Shown here: positions 51,156 through 64,000 of the stretch, piece by piece
Layout of the letters: each line of letters opens with the position of its first letter
How positions within the stretch are numbered: position 1 is the stretch's first letter
DNA from: Mytilus trossulus
Taxonomy: Eukaryota
Assembly (NCBI RefSeq): GCF_036588685.1
Contig: NC_086376.1
Location: forward strand, 61,256,001 to 61,320,000
DNA length: 64,000 nucleotides
Direction of reading: 5' to 3'
Program-made: the position numbers and the translations under genes
The notes under the pieces: model-generated
What the model was told of the DNA's origin: nothing
Databases searched by the model: none
Seen by the model: only the letters and a program-made list of their open reading frames with translations

Positions 51156-54100
51156 TATTTAAGTATGTATTTCTGTTGCTCATCCATTTTGTTACGGAAC
51201 TATAACAACTGTTATATAATTCGGAGATTCAGTTACCGATAGCACACTGTTTACCAAACCATTTTCTTCGGGACATGCCTTACCAAATCATGAATATGAC
51301 ATTAGCCGTTTGTTTATAATGTTAAATGTTGTTATTTTTCATAGATTTCGCCCATTTTCAATTCATCTTCAGGCTCGGTGATACAGATAACAGATATTGT
51401 TATACTTTATTCCATATGCTAATCAATGTAGCAAGAAGCTGAAATATTTTTTTTTAAATTTCATTCTGTTTATCTTGCACTAACAATGAGCTATTTGTTA
51501 TGGTAATAAAATTGTTTACGATAGTGACCGACGGCGGAGACACTTATCTGAAATTGTAGGTTTCTGGAAGTTGAATTGGAAGCCAAATATTATCCCCAAA
51601 TAAATCGTATTTAATTATTTCTCAAAACAAAAGACAACGAAAATTTGGTTGTTGTCCATTCGTTTGATGTGTTTTATCTTTTATTTTGTCATTTGATTAG
51701 GGACTTTCCTTTTTGAATTTTCCTCGGAGTCTAGTATTTTTGTATTTTTATTTTTAAAGAACATTCATGTTCTTTATGCTGAGTTTTTTTAACAAATTTA
51801 TGTATTTTATTTTCACAATCCATCTCTGAACCAAAACTGTATAAAACACAATATATAAATTTTTACTCCTTTTAATGTTTTTATCAGTGTTTGAAGCAAA
51901 TGACGAGAAAAATGAGTCTGTTATCGATGTAAACATACATTTTTTTGTATTTACTTAAACAAATGTTTTGCATGTAATTTAGACGAGTGGTTTGGAATTG
52001 TACTCATTTATTGTATGCATTTCCCAAGTAACTATCTTTTTTTTTTCGATGGCAATCTGTAAATTTAGTGAAAAACAGGAGTAACAATATATGCATTTCA
52101 ACTTATTTATCCACGGAAATTCAATAAGGGCATAAAGTGTTGTCTTTCACTGAAGTTTTGCGAAGTTATTGATTTTATAACTTTTTTTTAATGTACTGCT
52201 TTTATCATTGCAGGTAAAAGTTCATATTAGATCCGGATTGGTAGCATAGAGACTCGTCTTTAAATTCTTTTAGCATTTCTTATATTTATTATTGTATTCT
52301 CAATTAAATGAATCATTTGTTATGTAATTTTGTCCTTTTATTGTCATACTTAACATTGCCATAAAAACGCAAGGTTCGGCTAGCTACAAAATCAGGTTCA
52401 ACCCACCACTTTTCTTAAATGTCCTGTACCAAGTCAGAAAATTGTAGTTGTTATTTTCTAATTTGTTTCGGTGTGTGTTACATTGTCGTTTTTTTTTTTT
52501 GGTTGTTTTTGCACTTATGTGTTTTGTTGTTTCATTGATTTCCTCTTATAGTTGATGTGTTTTTCTGGTTTTAGTTTGTACCCCGGATATGTTTTTTCTC
52601 AATCGATTTATGACTTTCGAACAGCGGTATACTATGGTTGTCTTTATTTATGTACAAATTGTTTCTTAGTTAATTATGTTTTCATGAAAAATCATATATA
52701 GGAGGGAAATTTGCTCATAAACTCTTGGTGTCAGACAATCAATACTCTCCTTCCTAAGTAAAAGTAGCCCTACTCTGACACAAAATAGTGCTTTTATATG
52801 TCATTGAAAAAATGAAACTTTTGGTGCATAAGAAATATATTAAGACCATTTTTGAGTCCAAATTTACTTGTCTAAAAGTTGCATTATAAAAATTGAGGAT
52901 TAATGCGCTCCATAGTAAACTAAAGTTTCCAGAAAACCAGGAGTTAGTTTTTGTAGTTCTTGTCTTCTGAAAGGCAGTTCTTTCTCAGAAGACTTTTAAC
53001 ATGGGTTGATAATTGGCATGTAGAAAGATGATACATGTACAATTCAGAATATGTCTGGTTTCTTTGAAGTTAAAATATTGAGAAAGCTGTGAAAATTACA
53101 AAATTTGATAGGAATTTTGATTTAGTGTTCTGACACCTTCATGGTATATGAACATTAATTTTCATCTATAAATTGTCTGATGATGGTTTTTCCAGATAAA
53201 ACTGACGTACAAACTAAAATCTATATTGTTTATTTGAAAATAGGCTTAATAACTTCTGAAACAGTTTTTTTTCTATCAGGTTATAAAAACAATTCAAAAG
53301 AGAAAACCTTATTACGCATTAGAAGCACATTGAAGACGTTGGCCCGAATGTATGTTTCTTATTAACAACAATATATTAATGTCAATGCAGAAGATAGTTT
53401 CAATAATTAGGAGAGGGTCTTTCGAAGATTTGATCATATGTTAAGAAAAGCATAATAAATGCAAGGTGTCCAATTTTAATCTTGGTGAAAAACAGAAAAA
53501 TTAACAATGTTTATAATTTGTAACTTTCAACAAATTTGTTTTGAAATGCAATTTGTTATACGGTTCGCTGAAAGAAAAAGCTGTTAAACATGTTTTCACT
53601 GTTAATTTGCTTGTCCTGTTCAATTGTGCATATGATTCCCTAACACGTATAGTCTAATTGGTCGGCTGTAATCTTTTCGTAAACCCATATATTAAACAAT
53701 GTTTATTTGAGTCTTTTATTACTGAATGAACAAGAATAACAAGGTTCGAATTTTACTTGAATTGTTAAAGACCATATGATTTGCTAGATAGTGTTGCTCA
53801 TATCCATGTCATTTGGATTTTGTTGGATAGTTGTCTCATTGGCAATCATACCACATCTCATTATCTGTTATCTGTATAAACAATATTGCTGCTCATTTTG
53901 GTATTATCTAAGTCTATAAAGCGAAAATAAAGTGTTAATATAATTAACAAGGACGGGTAATAACTCGTGTTCAGTTATAACTTTAGAGCTAACATAGAAA
54001 TAAGGTGGTGGTCATCGGAAAGAGCTAGTGTGATCGATAAATTAAGATTGTCTTTTATATGACTGTCACCATTAAAATTGAAATTTTATCATTCATTTTT

Positions 54101-54370
54101 ATTAAATATACACTCAATGATATGTGTTTTTCTCATTGATGAAGGCATGTTGGTGTTTATTACCACTTCATTTTAACTCGTATGGAAAGTTGACTCATTG
54201 ACAATCATACCTCATCTCCTCATTTTTTTATATCTAAATGTAACTCAATTTATTTGCATGCAGATATTTGCAAAGATATTCAAATGGGAGTATACGTGTA
54301 TCCCTAATGGCTTTTCTGTTTATACATTGTTGGCACAACCTAACGTTATATACAATAGTAGTACATCTCT

Positions 54371-57300
54371 TTATGTTTCGTCGTTTTCGTCAACTTGGTC
54401 TAAGTTAGAAGAATGTCCATGTAGTTCTCTCTCAAGCATACACAACTGTTCTACAAATCCTGAATTTGGACATATTTTTCTATTTGATCTTGCTTCAACA
54501 ATGGCGTCCCAAAGATGGAATTTTTGCTTCATCATCATATATGCGATTGCTACAGTTGGGGACCGGCGGTACACAGAGTGACAATGAACTAATACTTTGC
54601 CTGAAAGAATAAGACACCATCATGTGTATGTCAATAATATAAAAATATGAATGTTGAATGAAGTGGTCTTTGTTTTTATAGAAGTGTCACAGTCCGCATA
54701 GTGCAAAACAAGTCGTATACTTTATCTTCGTATCAGTTTGGGATAATTTAACATTTGTAAACTATTGCTTATATCATGTAAACTTGTCATCGAGAAGTAA
54801 AATGTTCAAAATATCTTTTCCAGCATGTTATACGTACATACTATTTATTGGGGTATAATTACTATATCAAGTAGTTAAAATAGCTTGATTTTTTAAATAA
54901 AAGGTTTATAGTTAGGGGAGTCAATTTACCACAGGGGAGTCAAAATACCATGGCTAAGTAATTTTTCAAAATATCTTTTCCATGCAGCATGTTTTAAAAA
55001 TACCAAGGACGTATGTTAGTTATACATGTACGTCCTTGAAAATACATACAAACAACTTTTTGGAGTATTATTACAATTTAAATGAGTTACAATAGAAATA
55101 ATTTTAAATTTGGAGGGTGTAAAAGGGGGGTATTATATATATAGAAGGTCAATTTTACATTAGGGAAGGATATTTATTTTCATTTTTCAACAGAATAAAA
55201 TAAAACGTATGTGATAAATCATAAATGTAGCATAGCACTGAAAGCAGGTTAAAATAGCTTTAAATACTAAAACTCCAAATACTTGATCGAGGCGCTAAAT
55301 GACTAAAAATTCAAATGTAAAAGAGAAAAGTCTTTAGCTTCATACCATTTTGTTTCATAGCATTATCTATTATATCAGAAGTATGCTCAAAATGTTGTTT
55401 AATATCGTAATCTTCTTCGTCATACATCTCCACTTCAGAATAAGTAATTGCAGTGTCAGCGTAGTATTCGCTTCCGGTTTCTGAATCCTCTATTGCTAAA
55501 TTTAATATATGTGTGATTCCTCGGTATTTTAGTCCTTGTAAATCTCTTGCGAAGTGTCTGTAATATGTTAAAATGATTAAATTATTGGTACTTATAGACA
55601 TTATTTATTACTGTAAAATTGAAATTATTGCGATGTTTTAAATTTATCAGTACGAAAATTACGAACAGGTGAGTACCGCAATAATAAAATTCGCATTTTT
55701 GTCCATCTTTTCAAATCGCAACCAATAACTTCTGAATTTACAGTACATATAAATAAGAAAATGTGGTATGATTGCTAATGAGACAACTCTCCACAAGAGA
55801 TCAAATATATGTTAACGCCATTAAATCAGTTTCGAATTGAATTAACGAAGTTTGAAATTTGATTTGTTTTATTTTTGTTTTCTTAAGTTTTTTATGTTTA
55901 TGTTGTTTTTTTTTTTGCAATACAGACCTATCTATTTAAAGTTATCATTTTAATTTAATATATTTGTTTTTAGTCATAATGATTGCTGTTCGTATATTTA
56001 CACTTACACATTTCCGACATATATACTGGGGAAAACTTCATCCACATCATTTTTGAGGTGCTTATTGTCCTGGAGAAAATTTCGTATTTTGTAAAACAGC
56101 TTCACGTCGTAATGTTCTTCTGCAATAAAAGAAAGTATTAGTTGGATATTGAGCTATCTGTTAATTACGCTTTCGTGTGATTGTCATATCTATAATAAGG
56201 ACTTTTTGTACATTCTGTTGATTGTATAATCATGTTGTATAACAGTATATATAGTATATAGATATCTTAAAATCCAATCAGCTGATCGAGTAATGTGTGG
56301 CGTCAATTTCAGCGCTAGTCTCGATCAAAAACTGTGGATCAATATCATTTATATGTTACTTGAATAATAGAAATCGTTACCCCCAGAAAATCACCCCGGG
56401 TTCTTTTAACATGATTCTCAAGATCACTATATATCCTTCCTTTTCCAAAATATACTGACCGACTTTAGAAACGCAACACTAGATTATTTTTGTGTTATTT
56501 TTAAAAGGAATGTGTCAACGTCAAAAGCGATAACTGCCCGTTACAAACGCCAAAATGATTTTCAGAAAGGTCAACATATTCTGTCTGATATTTTTGAGTT
56601 CTGTTTTACACCTTCTGATTTTGCATTTGTTCAACCCATTAATTGGTTTTAGCAATTATGCGGTTAGAACTTGAGGGCTTTACGGGTTTTCCTTCAGTCA
56701 ATTCATTGGCAATGCAGTTTATGTTAAACATTTATGACATGAATCTGTACTCATTGGCACTCGGCAATTTGGTTAGCAGTTGACCGCAACGGCCGTAAAC
56801 ATGATTGGCAAATGACGTTCCATAATCAAATTCTGTTGATGTTTCATTGTCACTTCACGTTGATCTGTTCATTAATGGCCAGCAACAAATCTTGTGTACT
56901 TGCATCGTTGTCGGAAGGACAGTAGGACGAGTTTCTGAAGTCATAAGGTATGGTTGCAGCACATTTATGTTTTCATGTTGCAGTATTCTTAAAGGCTAAT
57001 TCGGTTCTTTTTTTTTTATTTCTCTGACTTGGCAAAATGGAGCTGCAACATTTTAAAAAGAATTAGTAAGGCAAAGGATTGAAAGAACTGTTTCACAAAG
57101 TAAAAAAATGAAACAATCTTTCATGGGACCAAAATTTCTCTGTAAGAAATTCGTGCGACTTCAAAAAATTCGGTATGTGCAATAACCACAAGTAAGTCAG
57201 ATTTTGATTTTTTGTAAGGAGAAAGAAGCATGATAAGCATAAAAAGTAGTTGTAAGAGAATCAAAAAAGATTTGGTAAAAAAAATCAACAAAATGAGTGT

Positions 57301-59011
57301 TGCGTTTTTTAGGTCGTTCAGTATATAATCTTCTTCTTCTTCTTCTTCCTTGCTTAGGACTGGATTCTTAAAAGAATGTTATAAGTCCACTAGACGGAGA
57401 ATGAGACAGCAATTCTCCTGTAACTATTTACAAATAAAACGTTCCGAATATATACAATTTAAAACTATATACACTTGGCACATAATATCTCGATAGTCTG
57501 CATTGATTAAATTTTATAACCTTTTTCGATGTCAGTGGGACTTATGCGTAAAGATGGTATTAAAAGTAGTTCGTTTTCAGTATCACTTGCCTGTTAACAC
57601 TAAGGTTGTGAGTTCGAACCAAGCACGTTTGAGAAGCGATTTACTAGGATTATAACAAAGATGTGGTATGATTGCCAATACGACTACTCTCTACAAGAGA
57701 CCAAATGATACAGAAATTAACAACTATATGTCATCGTACAGCCTACAACAATGAGCAAACCCTATACCACATAGTCATCTAAAAACGGCACCGACACCAC
57801 AAATGTATAAAAATTTACACAATTCAAACGAGAAAATTAATGGCCTAATTAGTGAATAAAATATGAACGAAAAACACATATATAGCAGTAACAAACGGCA
57901 ACCACTGAATTACAGGCTAGAAAAAGGTTCATTGTGGCATCTTTTAAATATTTAAAAAACAATCTGATAGCATCTCACTTACCATGTTTCTTTTTCTGTT
58001 GGTGTGTAATTAAAAACTGTGGTTTGAATCCTACTCTTTTCTTGAAGCCACCTTTTCGGTTCGAGTTTTTCCTTTCTTCTAACATTCCTTCAAAATACAT
58101 GTATTCGTTTGTTATACATTAGACGATAAAAAGTTCTGCACATTACATGAAACCATGATCATTGTGAATCCAATGAAATATTCAAACGGTTGTAGACTAG
58201 ATCCTGGAGAATTTGAGGATCTTATTTCAGAAAAAATGAAGAAATATGTAGATTTCCTAGTTAAAATGTAACAAATTTATTGAAAGGAGTGGGGGCTATA
58301 ATGGCCTTATATGGACCAAGATTTACAAAGTAACAAACTTTAAACTGACTGAACATAGTTTTCTATATTTCCCCATTAAAATGCATTGGTCGTACCCCCC
58401 GGATCTTCTCCACTCTGGATCCGCCACTGATGTGTATCTAACAGACAATATATAGCTCCACACTTCGTTTAAGAATTTTCTTCATTTTCATTGTTACAGA
58501 ATCACCAAGATGTCTTTCACGATTGCAGTTTTTTTGGATATTTTTCCGTGCCTTAATTTCAGTCACATTTTAAATCTAAAAATACACACGATAACCTATT
58601 CGAAACCCAACTGTCTGTGCACTAAATATCAATCTATTAAAGCAACAATACTATGATTATGAGTGTAGATAGAAGCTTTGACTTTTTGACAAGGGAACTC
58701 GGTGAAATACTACAAGGCAAGGTTCGTCATACCTCTTTCATAACAATTATATGTATAGGGGTGCAACCATCACCAATTTCTCCAAAAATTCTAAAAAAAA
58801 ATATATTTAAAAAAAAGGTATCCATTTTCCTGGCAGTTTTTTGTAGACATTAACTTCCCCTATTTATCAGTTCAGAAATTAGTCTTCCTTTGTTTCAATT
58901 TGATGACATAGCTACACATCTATTCAGACAGACTTATGAATGATTCCTCTAAAATTTGACAGATGAACTGAGACTGAAATGCTAATAATGTTTCTTACCT
59001 GAAGATTCCAT
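54371..59011 (-). CDS. Atypical dual-specificity phosphatase (DUSP3/13/26-like, about 223 aa); exons 59011-58999 (tentative), 58087 or 58100-57983, 56119-56008, 55557-55346, 54600-54371
   Basis: DEVFPSIYVGN, GITHILN, GKVLVHC.....RSPT.AIAYMM and ICPNSGFVEQL motifs; all GT-AG junctions are phase-compatible. Confidence 0.88.
55611..55743. mobile_element. Small Tc1/mariner-type MITE in a DUSP intron
   Basis: TA|CTGTAAAATT.GAAATTATTG ... CAATAACTTCTGAATTTACAG|TA. Confidence 0.7.
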
Positions 59012-59845
59012 TGTATGCATATGTACATATAAAAGTGGATTTATTCAGTCTATAAATAGTTATGATCATAATACTATCGATTATTTTGTTTAAATATTTC
59101 GGATAATCTATTTGTATATGATCTACACGTATATTCTGTAAATAGTTTCTACGACAAGTAATTGAATGTATGTTTTGTTAATTTGTCCATTATGTTATAG
59201 GCCTTTAGACCACTACAGTTTTAATTTTAAAAATATCAATCACAGGACCGAAAGATTTTTTAAAGTTTGCCGTTAAGCAGGTCGAATGTTATTACTAGTA
59301 ACATGCTGTATGTCGGGAACATTACTTGCAATGAAAGTCTCGTTTTCTTTTTTATTGAATTTGTAAAATCATACATATAAAGGGTTAAATTGTCAATTCA
59401 GGTTTTGTACGAGATAAGATTTTTTTTTGTTGGGGGGGGGGGGGGGGCAACCCTTTCTTGACAAGTTTAATCTCAACTCAAAACATTAAGATCCTCTACA
59501 AAAGATAATGCAGCTGATCTGTAATATTCAATCTTTATGCCTTATAGCATGTACCGTGTGCTACAAGTTAACGCTAGATGCAAACTGATGAGAAAAAAAG
59601 TAACACCCGGTCACCGAAAACTTGACACTGGCTGGTCGAGTGGTCTAGCTAGATGGACAAAGTGCAAGCCGATTTGGTGCCACGATGTCTCAGTTGCATG
59701 AATTCGAATTCCGTCTTGTTTAGTTAAATGTTTTAAAGTTATCGTCAGGGGTAAAACTGTATCACAATATCCAAAATGTAGCTTGTTTTCCATCAAGTAA
59801 AGTAAACAGTGCTGACAGAGCCTTTTATATCTGGACAAATTTTCA

Positions 59846-60020
59846 AGTTTTCCTGAAATTGAATTTAGTTTTTGTTCATGCCTCCAAGAGTTTTCCTGAA
59901 ATTGAATTTAGGTTTTGTTCATGCCTCCCAGAGTTTTCCTGAAACTGAATTTAGTTTTTGTTCATGCCTCCCAGAGTTTTCCTGAAATTGGATTTTGTTT
60001 TTGTTCATGCCTCCCAGTTT
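59846..60020. repeat. 43-bp tandem repeat, 4 copies
   Basis: Unit agttttcctgaaattgaatttagtttttgttcatgcctcc(c/a)ag. Confidence 0.93.
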
Positions 60021-60666
60021 CTAATCTCAAACTGGGGTTATTCAGTCTGAAATTTATTAAAGTTATTCTACTGTTAAAAAAAATCATATTATTAACGTAA
60101 GTTACTTTCGTAATTGAAATAAAATTGAGGAACTTGAGATAATGGGGAATGTGTCAAAGCGACAACACCCGACCATAGAGCAAACAACAGCCGAAGGCCA
60201 CCAATGATAATGGACGTCATACTAAACTCCGAGTTATACACAAGAAACTGAAATTAAAAATCATACAAAATAAACAAAGGTCAGAGGCTCCTGACTTGGG
60301 ACATGCGCAAAATTGCGGCGGGGTTAAACATGTTTATGAGATCTCAACCCTCCCCCTGTACATCTAGTCTATACCAAATCCAATTTGAATTTAAAATATA
60401 TAAATAAGTCAATAGAATAGCTTTTTCTTATGTCTAGTCGTGTCTTTAAGAAAGTTCTCCTGAATGTATTTTTTTCAAATACAATTTAAAGTTATTCTTA
60501 CTAAGTTTTTTGCAGAAATCTAGATTAATATCAATGTTTTCACTATATATACAAAACCGTATATTTGAATACCATAAGTTATTCGACTAGTTATTGCTGG
60601 ATTTATATTCATTATAGGCTCTGATAAATAGATCAGTGTTCAATTCTGTACCAGTAAAAAAGCAAA

Positions 60667-61640
60667 TGTTTTATCAAGTCTAACATGTCTAAATATATTT
60701 ATTTTGTAAAAATGGATATCTCACAAGTTCTGACAGGACTTCTATGTTTTGTTTTATTAAGTCTAAATATACTTATCTTGAAAAAATTGATATCTCACAA
60801 GTTCTGACAGGACTTCTATGTTTTGTTTTATCAAGTCTAAATATACTTATCTTGAAAAAATGGATATCTCACAAGTTCTGACAGGACTTCTATGTTTTGT
60901 TTTATCAAGTCTAAATATACTTATCTTGAAAAAATGGATATCTCACAAGTTCTGACAGGACTTCTATGTTTTGTTTTATCAAGTCTGAATACACTTATCT
61001 TGAAAAAATGGATATCTCACAAGTTCTAACAGGACTTCTATGTTTTGTTTTATCAAGTCTAAATATACTTATCTTGAAAAAATGGATATCTCACAAGTTC
61101 TAACAGGACTTCTATGTTTTGTTTTATCAAGTCTAAATATACTTATCTTGAAAAAATGGATATCTCACAAGTTCTGACAGGACTTCTATGTTTTGTTTTA
61201 TCAAGTCTAAATATACTTATCTTGAAAAAATGGATATCTCACAAGTTCTAACAGGACTTCTATGTTTTGTTTTATCAAGTCTAAATATACTTATCTTGAA
61301 CAAATGGATATCTCACAAGTCCTAACAGGACTTCTATGTTTTGTTTTATCAAGTCTAAATATACTTATCTTGAAAAAATGGATATCTCACAAGTTCTGAC
61401 AGGACTTCTATGTTTTGTTTTATCAAGTCTAAATATACTTATCTTGAAAAAATGGATATCTCACAAGTTCTGACAGGACTTCTATGTTTTGTTTTATCAA
61501 GTCTAAATATACTTATCTTGAAAAAATGGATATCTCACACTGAGTTCTAACAGGACTTCTATGTTTTGTTTTATCAAGTCTAAATATACTTATCTTGAAA
61601 ATATGGATATCTCACAAGTTCTAACAGGACTTTTATGTTT
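60667..61640. repeat. 74-bp minisatellite, about 13 near-identical copies
   Basis: Unit atgttttgttttatcaagtctaaatatacttatcttgaaaaaatggatatctcacaagttct(g/a)acaggacttct. Confidence 0.97.
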
Positions 61641-61667
61641 GTACAGAGTTTGATAATTTTAACACAT

Positions 61668-61865
61668 GTTTACCCTTCTGGAACACCTGAGATCACCCCC
61701 AGTTTTTGGTGGGGTTCGTGGTGCTTAGTCTTTAGTTTTCTATCTTGTGTCTTCTGTACTATTATTTGTCTGTTTATCTTTTTATTTTTAGCCATGGCTT
61801 TGTCAGTTTATTTTCAATCTATGAGTTTGACGGTCCCTCTGGTATCTTTTGCCCCTCCCCCTTTT
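61668..61865 (+). mobile_element. Penelope-like 3' end fragment
   Basis: Matches 37633-37826. Confidence 0.8.
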
Positions 61866-62383
61866 TTTAAAGTACGTTTTTCCATTTCCCGGCAATCTTT
61901 CAAAAATATCAAATAGAGAAATAGTTTTCTTTTTTGAGTAATGTTAATGACTCCCCAGTTCTCACAATCATAAAACACAATATTTTGAATGAAATGATCA
62001 AAAATATTTAAAAGGTTTTTGATACTAGTCTAAAAAGATCGGCCGTGAAACCCGGCCTTTATACAACTCAGGTTGGCATGCGATATTGTAGCAATAAAAT
62101 ATTTGTACAAACAAAGCACCTGTCAGTTTAAATGAGAGTATATTTCCTTTACAAAGGATAGAAGCAATACAAATTTTTCTATGAAATTTAAGATTGTTTC
62201 ATAATTTCAACGCATACCAGTATTTGAGAGTTAAAAGTGGTTGGAGGTAACAGTGCTTTGCTAGAGTCAAACGTCTTTTCGGTCGTTAGATATATTTATA
62301 GCAAAAGTACCTCCACATATAAAATTCTTTGTAAATGGAAAGTAGACGATCGACGATCGATTGCCAAACTATTATAAACTAAA

Positions 62384-62603
62384 ATGTCGTCAAACGAAGA
62401 ATCGACACTTTTTGCTATTTATACACTCGGGTATACATTTTTTAGTCTGGTTATGATAGCACCACCTACTGAATTTGTGGCTGCCGGTTTGACAGTTCAA
62501 AATATGTTGGCAAGTTTCCTTGGGAGTGAAGAACTTGGTTTTATCTACTTTCACATAAAAAGAACAGCAGCGACACTGTTGATTCATTCATGTTTTCCAT
62601 TAG
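62384..62603 (+). CDS. TMEM129: ER-membrane E3 ubiquitin ligase TMEM129, first coding exon (gene continues beyond the window)
   Basis: PPTEFVAAGLTVQNMLASFLGSE...FHIKRTAATLLIHSCFPLG matches the TMEM129 N-terminus as I recall it; donor TTAG|gtaacc at 62603. Confidence 0.88.
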
Positions 62604-62933
62604 GTAACCATTACAAAGTTGTTATTCATTCACTTATCGGTGCAGGGGCGGACATTTATTTTAAGAAAAAGGGGGAGGGGTTCCAAACCATAAGACAAGA
62701 TGTATTTTATTTCAAATTAAAGGCACACGGGGAGCATATATAGAATGCATACATTGTATGACCCCATTCAAAAACATTAATATCAAAATAAAAGAGGGTT
62801 CCAACCCCTCCCCTTTTGATCTGCCACTGAGGTGATGGGTACATCTCAACTGGTTTTATCAGACATATCTAAGATTTAATATGTATCAATATATATATAT
62901 ATATATATAGTTTTATTCAGGATCATGCTCCCT

Positions 62934-63625
62934 TTTTAGCTCGCCTGGCCCAAAGTGCCAAGTGAGCTATTCCTATCACTTAGCGTCCGTCTTCGTTGTT
63001 AACCTTTACAATAATCTTCTCCTCTGAAACTACTGGGACAAATTTAACCAAACTTGGCCACAATCATCATTGGGGTATCTAGTTTAAAAAATGTGTCTGA
63101 TGACCCGGCTAATCAACAAAGATGGAAGCCACGGCTAAAAACAGAACATAGGGATAAAATATAGATTTTGGCTTATAACTCTGAAACCAAAGCATTAAGA
63201 GCAAATCTAACCTGTGAGTAAAATTGTTTATTAAGTGAAGATCTATCTGATCTGAAATTTTCAGATCAATCTGACAACCCGTTGTTGGGTTGCTGAGCCA
63301 TTTGGTAAAATTTTGTAAAGAAACTTTGCCATTTTTGTTTATTATCTTGAATAAGTGAGTGTTATAGATAGAGACAAACTGTAAATAGCAATAATGTTCA
63401 GCAAAGTAAAATCTACAAATAATTCAACATGATTAAATTGGTCAGTTAACCCTAGAAGGAGTTATTGCCCTTTATAGTCAATTTTCATTAATTTGTTAAA
63501 TTTTTGTAAATTTTTACAAAATATTCTCCTCTGTAAACATGGTAAAAGGGCCAAGTTTTTAATAGATAGAGAAAATTTTAAGTAGCAAGAACGTTCAGGA
63601 AAGTAAGATCTACAAACAATGTCTG
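62934..63625 (+). mobile_element. Pearl/Helentron-associated non-autonomous element; related decayed copy at about 23700-24425
   Basis: 5' tttttagctc.cctggccc..ag.gccaagtgagcta subterminal hairpin; shared blocks ctctgaaac..gg..caaatt.aacca and atagagataaactgta with 23780-24120. Confidence 0.65.
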
Positions 63626-64000
63626 GTTATTTGTAAATACCTTGGCTTGATTTGGAAGAAAATAAAAAATACCTATTTTCTCTAAAAGCAATGAAGCAAT
63701 AAATTGTATTGCTGTCAACAGCATTATCGTTTGGGTGTCTGGTATAAATGTACTAAATTTCAAGTTACTTTTATTTAGAATTTTTATTGTTATATTAATA
63801 GACTTTAAACATTTGTAATACACAACACCATTTTAACCTTGATAACAAATAATCAGTAATCAATAAACAAAAGGTTAAAGGCAGGGTTAACTTATCATGG
63901 TTATAAGTCTTGTTTGTCTAAAAACAAGGCTACACATGCATGACATGGCTTTAAGTAGTTACCAATTTGACATCAAACTAGTAGGCAATGTGTTTAATTG

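Noticed and set aside
60667-61640. Possible CRISPR array
   Set aside because: The units are contiguous and identical with no unique spacers, there are no cas genes, and the context is eukaryotic.
62604-62743. C-terminal part of the 119-aa ORF at 62384
   Set aside because: Intron read-through after the TMEM129 exon 1 donor.
512-63823. Remaining 60-130 aa ORFs in the track
   Set aside because: Most overlap dispersed repeats (for example the ttgtctcattggcaatcataccacatct and cctgtaccaagtcaggaatatgac families) or are Phe/Leu/Ile-rich chance ORFs.

Overview
AT-rich, repeat-dense eukaryotic DNA with spliceosomal introns. It is most likely a bivalve mollusc, probably Mytilus; this is inferred from the repeat and ribozyme families, not proven. 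The main structure is a minus-strand tandem cluster of secreted Gly/Tyr/Asn-rich low-complexity protein genes: three intact copies (about 356, 274 and 301 aa), one pseudogene with several lesions, and a fifth relic that keeps the promoter, first exon and last exon but has no main coding exon. The ORF track misses their shared 3-exon layout, in which a 20-nt terminal coding exon adds an invariant C-terminal GKKGTY. A plus-strand type II membrane TNF-family gene (2 coding exons, about 307 aa, RHIM-like N-terminal motif) lies inside the cluster. To the right are an atypical dual-specificity phosphatase (minus strand, unusual HCHSVYRRS P-loop) and the first coding exon of TMEM129 (plus strand). 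Mobile DNA includes five minimal type I hammerhead ribozymes in retrozyme-type repeats (one complete 363-nt unit bounded by two ribozymes), Penelope-like RT fragments, a 6.8-kb foldback inverted repeat, a TTAA-flanked 3.4-kb element, a 2.5-kb TIR element with a 6-bp TSD, MITEs and two tandem arrays. All calls were made by eye; no database search was run.
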